Below, in pieces: positions 1-12,464 of a stretch of 64,000 nt of DNA. The DNA is from Lobosporangium transversale. Its lineage: Eukaryota. The number at the start of each line of letters is the position of its first letter. The stretch's first letter is position 1. Made by a program: the position numbers and the translations under genes. The stretch covers positions 744,001-808,000 of the forward strand of contig NW_019028979.1 in NCBI RefSeq assembly GCF_002105155.1. The letters are read 5' to 3'. Below the pieces are notes generated by a model, which worked only from the letters and a program-made list of their open reading frames with translations, was not told the DNA's origin and did not search any database.

Positions 1-1361
1 TACCAATTGCTTCAACTTTTTTTATAAATATATTTATCATGATGATTGTTGTGAGCAAACAAAACTCTTGAGGACCAGAAAAAAAAAGAGAGAGATGTTT
101 ATGGCTGAATAGTTTTTGCTAATTGCTACACAAAAAGAGATGCAAATTGGCGTTGTATGTGATGAGAACAACATTCGTTGTGTAATATTTCTATTTGATA
201 CAACACATTTTTTTATTTTTATTCATCATTCTTCACTTGTGTGTATTCCAAGGAGAATGAGATAATAAAAGAGGAGAGTGGCCCTTGCGACATGGTCCGT
301 GGGCTTGACGTGCAAAGGTGTTTTTTTTTTTATTCGAGGTTGGATTTATGTCGATGTCAATGTCTATTTCTATGCTATTTCTATGTATTTGTCTATGTCT
401 ATGTATGGTCGGGGTACAAAGGAAGGTAGGGGTGCTTGTTTTTGCATTGTCTTTCAATGCGAAGAGGATAAGCAAGAAGTGTTGCGGCGCAAAAAATAAA
501 AAAAAGTGAATGGGGTGACTATGGCAAGACAAGGCAAATCAAGGGAGAGAGAGAGGCAGGAAGACAAAGGGTTCAGGATCCTTGGCTCGTCATTGGTCCG
601 TTCATCATTTTTCCTAGTCATTGTCCCTTCCGCTACCGCAACATAGACGCTGCACATCCTTTTTCCCCTTCCTCAGCTTTCAACTTTGAATTTTCAACTT
701 TCAACCTATTTTTTTTATTTTTTATTTTTTTTGGGAAGAGGAAGGGATGTCGATCGGCAGACTCCCTGTCATTCATTCATTCATCCATTCATTCATTTAT
801 TCTTTCCAGATACAGCAAATATTCTGGAGACATTGAGGAGATAGAGATAGAACAAAGTACTATATGCTCTTAAATTCCTATTTTCTATTTGTCATGGATA
901 GAAGCATGATAATTGATAGACTGAGTGAAGGGAGGAAGGGAGGCTATTTTTTATTTTTTCCTTTCGTTTATTGTTCTTTCTTTCAGGGCCTCATCTGTCC
1001 ATCTACCAAAAACCATTATCGCAACCAAAAAGAGGAATCCTCCATTCATTACACATATCCGTCCAATGGGCTTGTCCGTTCTTTCCTTTACTAAATATTA
1101 TAACTTGTATTCAATACTCTTGCTAACCTTCCATCTCTCTCTCTCTTTTTTTCGTATATAATAACCAATCTTTTTTTTTTATTACTATTTCTCTCTTTTT
1201 CTTTCTTCTTTTTTTTTTTTATTCTCTCATTTCTCTTCCTCATATGCACATGCACATCATTCTCCTTTTTATCATTACTATCAATCATCAATTGTCATCA
1301 CTTCTTTTATAATTGTGCGTGTATGTGTGTGTGTGTAAATATATACATTAATATCTCATAG

Positions 1362-1966
1362 AAACCTGATCGATATCCCGTCAACATTGCAATTGGAACG
1401 ATTGCAGCAACAGGAAGCTCAACATCGATCGAACGAATACATCGCTGCACTTAACGCAGTCAAGTTACCCGAACAGACTATCAAGAAACTTTACAACATG
1501 ACATCTGTCGTCAAGGCCGGAGGTGATCTTCCGAATGAGCAATTGGATGGTGTTCTCAAATCATCCGCTTCTTCCGCAGTAAATTCGATCAAGGCACCGT
1601 CAGTGCGAGAAGTCCTTGCAGAAAAGGCAATTGATTCCAAAACTTTGGGATGGGTAAGTTATTTTCTTTTGTGTACCATTAACATACTCTTTTCCTTTTA
1701 GCTTTGCAGTGCCTTCTTCAATCTTTCAGTTCTTTTTATTTTATTTTATTTTTTTTAAAAAAAAATTGGTCAATTCTGTCTCTTGTTACACGACACTAAT
1801 GCAATTTTCTTTATCCATGTTTCTCCATTTCTGTTGCTTATTTCCTCTTGTTTTGTTAATGTAGATGACAAATGCAATGGGTGAACTTCACCGGGCCACT
1901 GAGCAAATTGATGTTAAGGATGTAGGCGATTTGATCGTGACATTATCACCGCCCAAGGTGGCATAG
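1362..1966 (+). CDS. LAMTOR1/Ego1(Meh1)-like Ragulator/EGO scaffold, 3' part (5' exon(s) not resolved)
   Basis: Exons 1362-1653 and 1865-1966 (GTAAGT...TAG intron) give NLIDIPSTLQLERLQQQEAQHRSNEY...W|MTNAMGELHRATEQIDVKDVGDLIVTLSPPKVA*. This resembles the LAMTOR1 NIIDV...EYMDRARQY segment and the C-terminal IRVDAKEELVVQF segment (recalled similarity, not searched). The lipidated N-terminus was not found and probably lies upstream of the window. Confidence 0.62.
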
Positions 1967-2589
1967 ACCACTCTTATTTTTCATTTTTGTTCTATTCAAA
2001 TTTTTTTTTTGTCTGTCTTGGTCCTTGATCTCGCATTAAACACACATTTTTACACATACACATATTCACCCACGCTACATCCACATTTACACATTCATTT
2101 ACCCCAGACAACACGCAATTTCCCTCATCTCCATTTAATGCTATCCTTTTGTTTCTTTTTTTCTTTTACTAATGTCAGACCAAGTTTGTGTTTCGTTAAC
2201 AAAACAAAAGTAAAAATAATTTAAAAATAAAAAAAAATAAATAAATAAATTAAATAAATAAATAAAAAAAAAAAAAAGCAATAAAATATAGTAAATAAAA
2301 TACCATTTTTCTTTCTTTCCTCTCTTTGCATGGACTTGATAGTCGTATTGTGGTATTGTGCACATAGTTTGCTAAACCACAAAAAAATAAAAAAAATATA
2401 AAATATAAAATACAAAATAAAAAAAAGGGTTTGAATTGTTTATTTATGTGATGAAGAAAGCAAGGAAGAAGGGGGGGAAAGATAGATGAGGGGAGAGAGA
2501 AAGAGAACCGTTCAATCCATCAATGAATATCAAATTAGTTCACATGTTGAGATGAGTTTGGTCCGCAGCATCATTCGTAAATAAGTGTT

Positions 2590-2623
<34 letters not shown>

Positions 2624-2815
2624 GTGCTTTGGAATTGCGACATGATGATACGCGTCAACATTAAAGGATCATATTCAGTTTTACTATATTATTTTTATTT
2701 ATTTACTTTTTTATTATGATGCACGAGGGTAAATTGTACTGGAGGATTAGGAATGATAGAAAGGAAAGGAGGGAAGAGGTGAGGAGGGGGATGCGGGAGA
2801 AGGGTGGTGGAGAGG

Positions 2816-2853
<38 letters not shown>

Positions 2854-2895
2854 AAGGAAATATAGATATATATATCAAGTAAGATACATTTAAGG

Positions 2896-4004
2896 TTAAA
2901 TAATGGTGCAACATTTGGATGATTGTTTTGCAAAGGGATCAGGTCCAACAACTCCCCAGATGATGGGTAAGAGTGGGTCTTGTGTGTTTGTCGCATATTG
3001 GATCAGACTAAAAAAGGGGTTCCCAGTTCAAAAAATAGGGGGAAGATTATTCCAAGAAAACATATAAAAAAAAAAAAAAAAAGAAAGCGTCCATTAGTTT
3101 TTTTGGGTTTTTAAAGTTTTGTTATGCTTGTCAGAAAAGAAAAAAAAAAAAAAAAAAAAAAAGAGCTTGGGGTTTACCTTCGACTTGCTTCAGAGACAGG
3201 CACACGATGCATTTCAAGTTGTTCTCGCAGTCGTTGATTATGTTCTAAAAATCTTTTTAACTTGAGCTCAGACACTCCAGGGACGCCTCCTATACTGGTA
3301 CCAGCGCCTACTGCTGCCGCTGCTGCCGCTGCCGCTGCTCCTGCTGCTGATGCAGTTCTATAGTTTCCATAGTTTTCATAGTTTTCATAACCTCCATAAC
3401 CTGCTCCGACAACACTACCACTACCACCACCGACACTAACACTGCCGCCACCACCAGCACCAACAATTGCGTCAGTGCCCGTATAATTAGGATTACTACC
3501 ACTGCCACCCAATGCTGTTGTTGTCCCTGGAATGGTTAACTTTCTATAGAGCCCTTCATTTCCATAGCCTAGGCCAACCATTGGTACGACTGTAGAAGCA
3601 GAGGCAGAGGAGCTATCTGTGACCGTTGCAGAGCCTGCACGAGCTCTTGCGTTGACGCTATCCAATACATGGTCAATGATGTTGATGTTATGATCATGGT
3701 CGTAAGGATTGGTTGTGAAGGGACTTTGATCCTGTGAAAGATCGGTTGGGATCCTAATGGTGTCAATGGGTGTTAACATGGAGGATGTAGATGCGGTTCC
3801 AGGCACAGGCTCAGGTCCAGTCTCGGGTGGCGATGATGATGAAATAGGCTTTAATAAAGTATCATAATCGTGATCACTGATGAACCCTGCATCTGCTGCG
3901 GTTGTGTGACCTTGAGTAGTGCCAACAAAATTCAAGGCGTTATCGTTATTCATAATATCGTTGTTATTGTTGTTGTTGTTGTTTTTATCTTTGAGATTGG
4001 ACAT
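2896..4004 (-). CDS. Heterotrimeric G-protein gamma subunit (GGL domain, Ste18/Gpg1-like) with long N-terminal low-complexity extension, ~312 aa
   Basis: Exons 4004-3178 and 3007-2896 (GTAAAC...TTTAG intron). The spliced C-terminus VSELKLKRFLEHNQRLREQLEMHRVPVSEASR-SLIQYATNTQDPLLPIIWGVVGPDPFAKQSSKCCTII* has the GGL hallmarks (VSEA, DPLL, DPF) and a CCaaX palmitoylation/prenylation end. Confidence 0.92.
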
Positions 4005-4060
4005 TGAATATAACAATCTTTCTTGTCCTGATTATGAAAATGTAAATAAAAAATAAATAA

Positions 4061-4095
<35 letters not shown>

Positions 4096-4467
4096 AATCC
4101 GGCTCCAGTCTAAAAATATAAAAGCTGCGCTGCAAAAGAAAAAAAAAATAAAATAAAAAAAAACAATCGGCCCCCCTTTTTTTCCTTTCCAACGTTCTAA
4201 TGACTTGATTGATTGATTGATTGATTGATTGTTTGATCAGATATTGGCTTGAATCTTCTTTAACCGTCCAAGAGTTTAATGATGGTTTGGATAAATGTAA
4301 GACTGCTGTTGCAAATGTCCAAAAGGTGACAAGAAAAGATGAAACAAAAAATAAAAATAAAAATAAAAGAGAATCAGATGAAAATGTTCCGTATTGTCCT
4401 GATTGTTTCGTTTTTTTTTTCTTTTTCTAATCGATTTTAGTATGAACAAAGATTAGATCTTTCTTCT

Positions 4468-4548
4468 GTGTCAGTGTCAGTGTCAGTGTCAGTGTCAGTG
4501 TCAGTGTTAGTGTTAGTGTTAGTGTTGGTATTGGTGTTGGTGTTAGTG
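4468..4548. repeat. Compound hexanucleotide microsatellite (GTCAGT/GTTAGT/GTTGGT)
   Basis: Directly visible tandem 6-mers upstream of the G-gamma start codon. Confidence 0.9.
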
Positions 4549-4846
4549 GAAAGTAGGGGTTGGGGGGAAGAAGAAGGGCATACAAAGGAGAGGAAGGGAA
4601 AGAAGAATTGGAATTGGAGTTGGAGTTTGTGGAGGGCGGGGGGTTGAGATAGGGAAATATGGAGGAAGAAGAAGAAGAAGAGAAGCACAGGAGAGACGTA
4701 GAAAGATGAAGATGATGACGATGAAAAGGGGCTTTCAAAAAAAAAAAAAAAAAAAAAAAAAAAGAGACAACGCGAACAAAAAATGTATGCAAACCAATTT
4801 TTTTTTTTTTTTTTAAAAAAAAAAAAGGCTAAAAGGAAAAGAAAGG

Positions 4847-4877
<31 letters not shown>

Positions 4878-5283
4878 TATTATTCAATCAACGAGAAAAT
4901 GGTCAGGGCCCATCGTTTAGAAGAAGTGATGAAGTAATAAGGTTTAATGGAGGCTTTTCCAAAATGCTGGGTTAATTGCATATTGCATTTGCGTATCTGC
5001 ATATATGCTTATTTGCATAATAACAGATGAACGTTGCTTTACTGCCGGAAAATAGATGGACAAAGTACATACAAAAAGATCGGGTACCCCTGCACACGAC
5101 ACTTTTTATTTTCTCTGCTACATGGCGCCAAAGGGCCAAAAAAAAAAAAAAGACGGACGTGTGACCCCAGCCTCTTCCTTCTTCCCCTATCCTCATCTGA
5201 GCATCAAAATTAAAAAAAAAGATTAAGTGCGTTTCGATCATTTGGCGTTTTAGCATAAATAAAAAGAGGTGTGTGCATAGCAA

Positions 5284-5319
<36 letters not shown>

Positions 5320-6424
5320 TATGGAGGATTTGGATAATGATGACACCAAATATCCATAAAAATGCTTATCGTGATCGCTGTGCATGGACCAGATGATGGC
5401 GCGTTTGGAACATGGCGCGTGAAAATTTTGGCTCCAGCCAATGGGAATGCAAGATGGAGTTTCAGAAGCTGCGACGTTTGTGACAGCGTGGGATAAAAAA
5501 AGAAAAAAAAAGAAACTTCGAGGGAAAAACAATACAAGAGCGAAGAGGTGGACAGTGCTTGAAACTCTGAATCTCCCTCCTCTTCTTCTCCAATGGACAT
5601 GCAGATAAGCAGATAAGCAGATAAAATTAAGGAAGAAAAGAAAAGAAAAAAAAAAAAAAGCCAAGAATTATGGAGCTCACCTTCCAAGGGGAAAGAAAGA
5701 AAGGAGGTTCTTGGAGGAACTACACCATACAGAACGTTGAAAATAAATAAAAAAAGACAGTGACAGGATGAGATTGGAACGTAATAAAGAAGAACGAGTA
5801 GCTTACAGGTTAGGATTATGGTGAGAAGTTTTATAACAAAACAAAAAAAAAAAAAAAAAAAAAAAAGATTAAGCTATTAGGATTAAAAAAAGTAAAAGCA
5901 TTAAAGAATCAAATGAACATGAAGTAATGATGGTTTGCAATGATTTTAAAACTAAATGTCAATGAAAACTTTGAAAAAAAAAAATTCAAGATCAAAGAAG
6001 ACAAGGGTGTACGTGATCGACCATGTCATTACATGATTCCGCCGTTCAAGCAGCTTTTTGCTTTGTTGTGTTGTGTCGTACGGATATTTCTTCCTGTCCG
6101 TACGCGCGTAATCGCGTAACCCTGCATCTGCTCTTTATCCAAGCCTGATTGCTTTTTGAATGGGTGTAAATAATGTAAATATTCAACCTTTGGTCTGAAA
6201 CAACAGCCGGGTGATCTTCCTTTCTTTCTTTCTTTCTTTCGTTCTTTCGTTCTTTCGTTCTTTCTTTTCTTGTGACATCGCCTCAATGCGATTACGTCTC
6301 TATAATTTTTTTTTTTTTTTTTTTTTTTGCTTTCTTTCTTTCTTTCTTTCTTTACATCCTGCGCATCCTGCGAAGTGAGGGAGGGACAATATGCTTAATT
6401 ATATAAAAAAGGGAAAAAAAAAGA

Positions 6425-6764
6425 CTATTTCAAGGAGTAGATCGACAAGTCATCAGACATAAACGCGTGTTTGCTTATAGCAGAAAGACCCATCTGAATC
6501 TGCAGTTTTTGAGCAGAGACGAGCCTAATAGAAACTGACACTTCTGACAAACACGCGACAAGAACACCTGATCCCGTTATCTGTTCTTCTCGGCTCAAAT
6601 GAATACCTGGGTCAAGAACAGAAAGCGGATAGATCGACGTCAACTTGGCGTAGCTACTGAGGAAGCCTTTGACGATGTTTCCAATAGCCGTTACTAAAGT
6701 CAATTTGTTAGTGACGGTGGTGATGATGTTGATACTATTGTTGTTTACCTTCCATGGAGAACAT
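6425..6764 (-). CDS. Candidate small spliced ORF, ~94 aa, unknown function
   Basis: ATG at 6764, a 16-nt exon, then a 55-nt intron 6748-6694 with GTAAAC donor, CACTAAC branch point and TTTAG acceptor. It joins in frame to the 6693-6425 ORF (MFSME-VTAIGNIVKGFLSSYAK...). No family recognised. Confidence 0.3.
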
Positions 6765-7874
6765 CTTGCTTTTTTTGTACTTTATTCCGCAATCCGAAAG
6801 CGAAGAGGTGAATTACAACTGCATGTTTGCATGTGGACGTTCGTATTTTCCGCCCTTTCCAATCTTCCCGCGACTCTTTTTTTCATTTCCCAGCCATGGC
6901 TGAACGATAGACCATGTTCCGAGTTTATAAATGACGACAAGTAAAAAAAAAAAAAAAAGCCAAGTCAGGGCTCAGGGCCAAGGCCAAGCATGCTCATGTC
7001 CTTACCCCACAGCATTTGTTTTTTGTTTTCTTTTCTCTTGAGTCATGATCAGCACATGAAAGCACACTGATAGAAGAAAAGAAATGTGGAGAGGATTTGT
7101 TTGTTTTGCTTTAACATGTTTTATTGGACTAACAAATATAACCATACAACCATGTTGGATACAATCCAATGCAACCACAGTTGCTTGCAAGGAGCCTGAA
7201 TAGAGCTGATTGCAATACCATTCCCACTCTCTCACCACACTCTCTTATATACTTCTTTGCTCTCTTTCTCCTTTTCCGCTTCTCTCTCTCTTTTTTTTTT
7301 TTTTTTTTTATTTTTTTCTCTTTCCTTCTTTTATTTTTCACTCATCGCTCTCACTCGCTTACTTTTCTCATTTACTTCATTCACCTTTTTTTCATTCTTT
7401 CATTCTTTCTTACTTTTTTTTTTTTTTTTTTTTCCTCATTCAATCTTCCAACCTTTCCCCAGCATAATTTCGCAACACTTTCACACTGTCATTTTTTTTG
7501 CTGTTGTTGTGGAGCAAAGCATTATTCCGTTAAAAGCCTCATAGGTTTCTCTTTCTCCTTTGCCTTGGTCCCATTTGTCCCGTCTGTGTCACCTTAATTA
7601 CAAAGAGGGACATTTATTTCCGCTGAATATTACTATAAAATACCACTCCCTACCCTTTTTCCTTTTTCTCTTTCCATTTGTCTTGTACTCCTTCCACTGC
7701 CTCAATCTCTCTCTCTCTCTCTTTCTCTTGGACGTTATTTTAAGTGACAACAGGCTATCATTCCACTCCTCTTTTTTGATTCTCAGATTACCCTTGTAGC
7801 TTCCTCTTTCTCTCCAACCTACTTCCCTTTATTTTATTATTTTTTTTTTTTGCTCACAAAACAAAAATCAAATC

Positions 7875-8348
7875 ATGGGCAATAACAATTTTGAAAAGAT
7901 TAATATAGACCAGAGGGTTGAAAGGGATGATAATTTATCTCCCACAACATTTCTGCCCGATATCAGATGCAAGCATGAGCCTGAGGACTGCAAAAGACAC
8001 GAGGCAATCACTCCTCCTCCTGCCGCTGCTCTTTCTCTTTCTTCCCCTGTTTCCTCTTCTGCTGATACACCTGTGGCTATGCGCACAGTGACAGATATTG
8101 CAGATATTGCAGATATTGCAGATATTACAGATGCTTACTCTATTGACCCTGTTGCGTACCCAACAACCCAACCCTCATCTGTGGTTCTCCCCAGTATCGA
8201 AGTGACCGCCACTACTGCCACTACCCCTGCCTTTGTACACGCAAACAATGGAAACAATTCGATCACTGTTAACCCACAGACCACTGGAGATGAAAAGGTC
8301 AATACCACACCCCTTCTTGATAACAACAGTGACAATAGCAATGGCAAT

Positions 8349-8386
<38 letters not shown>

Positions 8387-9992
8387 GAATATCAGTACCA
8401 ATATGAACATGCCTTCTTCCCGAGGTATTTCATCAGCAACACCCCTTTCGTCTTCTTTACGTTTGTCTATGTCTCCAAAAATGTCATTCTCGGCTTCCTT
8501 TTCATCCCAATCATCCCTTGCAAAGGAAGAGATTCTATCTCAAGGGGTACAAAAGGATCAAATTACTCTTGTGCAGGAACAGTATCAGGAACAGGAGCAA
8601 GGGCAAGGACAAGACCAAACTACCCTTACAAACAGAAATATGAGCGACGAGATAAAGAGGAATAAAGAATTCGATACAGATATGGTTGATGAGGTAGTGA
8701 GGGAAACTATTGAAGCGAGCCCTTCTGTGAGTGCGATCTATACACCTTCACCCAAGAGAATTCCCTCACCATCCGTGGGTATTGATGATGAGGACGAACA
8801 AGAGTCCATTCAAGCCCAGTTCGAGAGCGAGACCGCATTTTACGCTGCAGGCCATCCTCATCGCCACCGGCATCATAGCTCACTATCCGATACCAACTCA
8901 CTGTCGTCTCCAACACCATCGTCTCCTTCGTCCCCTTCATGCTCAAGCTCAAGCTCATCCACATCGTCTCTGTCAGAGTATCTTATCATTGGTCAAGAGC
9001 CAGTAGAGAGATACGATAGTGAGTGCGACGGTAACAGTGATCGATCGTTTGCCAGCGGTGAATCCTTTTATGAAAGGTCGCACCGGTATGGTGATGTTGG
9101 TAACTCGTCTGATGGCAGTTTAGAGGACAGTGCGAACGAAGGATCTCTTCGTCATCGTCAACGTCACTCGAAACCGCGTTACCATTCGTATTCGCAACCG
9201 CGAACACAGTCCCAGCATCAATCGCGAGCGCCGCAGTCTTCTCAACGACGCCACCATCATGCATCATATCCTACACACTTCCAAGATGACCATGATCATA
9301 TTCGTCAAGACCGCTTTCAAGGCGAATTCTCTGAGGAAACTACTTTCCACGGGTTTATGCAACAACGTCGACAGCGACGTATTATGCATGCTGACGAGCC
9401 ACGGCCGCCGACTGAAAAGACGCGAAAGCGATCTTTCAAGTATTTTTCTACTTCGCGAGCAGTAGATGATGACAGTGCTACTAGAGCCGCTACAGAGGCC
9501 ACATCCTCACTCTTTTCTTTACCAACCATCAAGACACCGTCCCTTCGTGGTCTTTCCAAGTCTGTAGCAGAATTGGCGATCGCGTCGGTTGTCTGTGCGA
9601 CATTGCTAACGTGTATGTTTATGCTCTCGTATATCTCCACGGGTGCAAACCATCTTTTGGGTTGGTATGCAAACCAACAGATCGGACAACGAATCCGGAA
9701 TGGGATCAAAGAACGAGAACACTATGTGCAAGAGGCCCTCGAAAAGATGGCAGGTGAGGAGTATGTGAAGGTCAAGCGCCGTAGCCGACAATATCAACAA
9801 CAACAGCAAAATGGGAATCCTCATAACCATCGATATCAACAACAGTACCAACAGCAACGGCAAGAACGTCAACAGCATTCTAAAGAAAGATTGTCAACGG
9901 CAGAATGGCAGGAGTTGATCCGTGCTGCATCTGTCAGCTTTATGGCCAAGTTTACATCTGCACCTACGATGCAGCGAGGTACTCGTCGTTGA
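7875..9992 (+). CDS. Hypothetical 705-aa protein, largely low-complexity (N/S/Q/H-rich) with one predicted transmembrane segment near the C-terminus
   Basis: Single 2.1-kb ORF without homopolymer artefacts, AAATCATGG start context, hydrophobic stretch LAIASVVCATLLTCMFMLSYI. Confidence 0.85.
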
Positions 9993-10341
9993 GAGAAAAA
10001 AGGGAAAAAAGCTTTTTCTCCCATTGCTATTTTGTCACATGTATTTGCATGCAATCGTTTTTCTTTCCCCTTCCCCCTTCCATCCCACATCCCTGATTCT
10101 CCCCAGTATTTTCTTACAAATAGCTCAGCTCAAGTATATATGCATGTCTGTTTATACCCCATCTCCAACTTGTGCTTCTCAACTTTTTATTTTGCTTTTT
10201 TGCTTTCTTTGCTTTCCTGATTTCTTACTTTCCGTCAATAAAGAGTTCCATTTGTTCAAAGTCATTAATTGACGCGTATAGTTTTTGTCAGAAAAGTCAT
10301 TGCCCATATCAGAATCATCGTTTTTCTTTTATTAAAGCATT

Positions 10342-10379
<38 letters not shown>

Positions 10380-10482
10380 AAAGAAGGAACAAATGAAAAT
10401 TGCACATGCCAATCCCCAAACAGACCTTTTTTTTTTTTTTTTTTTTTTTTTTACCTCCCCCCCCTTTTTTTTTTTTTTCCTT

Positions 10483-11043
10483 TTAAACCAACTTCTTAGT
10501 CTCAAAGAACTTGCGAAGTGAGCGCAATTGAATAGTGCAGGTGATACCCAAGACAACAAGTTGAACAATGGTCCAGGTCACAGTACGCGAATTGGTCCTC
10601 TCGCTTACATCGCGGAACTCTCTTTCATGATCCTGTTGTGTGAAAAAAAGATAAATAAAAAAGAAAAGTAAAGAGAAAAAAAAGTATAAAATGTATAAAA
10701 AGAGCTTAAAAGATCAGTAACTATGGTCTTCTCCCTCTAGATATTATCCCTTATATTCTTTATACGCGTTTTTTTTTTCCTTGATCACTTACGCGATGAT
10801 AAGACTGCTCAATTCGGATATCAGACACCTTGTAGTTCAATTCACGGACACGCTGCGCCAATTCTAATCATTTACATCGAATAATAATCATCATCATAAA
10901 TGAGGATTCAGCTTGACTCGTATGGATTTGTGAAGATAATAAATAAACAATAAAAAAAAAAACAGCCTTACCACTCAAGGTTCCTTCTCCAAGATCGCTT
11001 TCTTCACTCAAGTCACGAACAGCCAAGTCTAAATTCAATCGCT

Positions 11044-11077
<34 letters not shown>

Positions 11078-11840
11078 CTTTTTGGTGAGTCGAGAAATCT
11101 TTTCTTTTCTTTCTTTATGAAAAAAGTAAAATAGTAATAATCAAACTTACAATCTTGGTGGAGCTGAACCAACCAGCAGTTGAAGCAAAAAGACAGATGT
11201 TATGCTGTCCAGATTCTGCAGACGTAAACTTGAACTTGCCCTTTGGAGGTAACTTTTGACTATGAATTCTGTTACCATCAGGCATTTCCTTTTTTTTTTT
11301 TTTTTTTTTTTTTTTTTGAGATTAAGAAGGAAGGTAAATAGGAAGTCATGATTATTAGTAAAAAAAAAAAAAAAAAAGATTCAAAACAAGAATAAGAATA
11401 TCGGCGTTACAACCGTCCCCTTTTGTGTTCCTGTAGTAAAACCGTATATAGTACTTGTACAGTTCAGTGTAATAACAATGGATTAAGTCTTCGTACCTCA
11501 ACAATGACTTCCAACTGAAGCTCCTTATTGACAACAAACTTTTGTTGTGCCTCATTCCATTCCTCAGCAGTATAAACACCTAAAGAGTAATAAAAAATAA
11601 AAAATAAAAAATTAGAATAGATTGCACGGGTAATCGAGTGATTATTCTTATTATTTTACATTGTCCTCATCTTCATCTGTAAATATTTCCTTTACCTGTG
11701 ACCACGGTCTCTTTGGGTAATTCTTCAGTAAAGCACTTTTGTTCTGCTCCTTCGAGGTAAAAGTAAATACCAAAGACAGATGGCAAGATGCTCAAAAGCA
11801 TCAAGAGGCCAAGGGTCCACCGTGTAATGTTGATAGCCAT
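10483..11840 (-). CDS. p24/emp24/gp25L (GOLD domain) cargo receptor, alpha (Erp1/TMED9-like) subfamily, ~218 aa
   Basis: Six GT-AG exons: 11840-11696, 11579-11497, 11288-11151, 11041-10972, 10863-10793, 10632-10483. Signal peptide, IYFYLEGAEQKCFTEELPKET, FKFTSAESGQHNIC, EFRDVSERTNSR, a TM helix and the FF...KKLV* ER-retrieval tail. Absent from the ORF track because of introns. Confidence 0.95.
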
Positions 11841-12464
11841 GAGATGGAAGAACGATAGAGAGATGGGGAGGGGAAGAAGACAAAGCTTAATAGATGTACT
11901 ATATTAATGCAGCTGATCCTGATCTTAAATCCTTGCTCCTCAGATGCCCTTGTTGGATTGATTGTTGTCAATTAACAACAAAATAAAAAAAAAATAAAAA
12001 AAGAGGGAGCAGAAGATGAAGAGAGAATAGATGGAAACCCTATTGGAAACTGCAAACACGAGCCATCTTGATCCACGTCACCACACAGAATTTCAAATTC
12101 TTTTACTACAGTCAAATATTCATACTCTGTCTGTAGGCATGAACCGCGTATGCTCGTATTGACCATAAAATAACTCGAATCTTCCCCATACGTCCATTAT
12201 TTCGCTCTAATGAGATCCCTGCACGCACATCTCCTCTGGCCACTATCAATGCTTGGAAAACTTTCCAAAATAGCACTTTTAAATAACCTTGGTTGATGTA
12301 TGGTATATATAAAGTCCCTTAAGATGCAACAGCAGGCTACGATTTCATTTTAGTTGAAAATACATTTACATCTCGTATCATCAGTAGTGGGTGAATACTA
12401 GAAGCTCTTGTCCTCTATCAAGTTATGATGTGACAATGCTTTTCTTGTCTTCTTTAATTCTTCA

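Noticed and set aside
428..499. GACFC... peptide as a possible myristoylated/palmitoylated LAMTOR1 N-terminus
   Set aside because: No adjacent ATG or convincing splice sites link it in phase to exon 1362.
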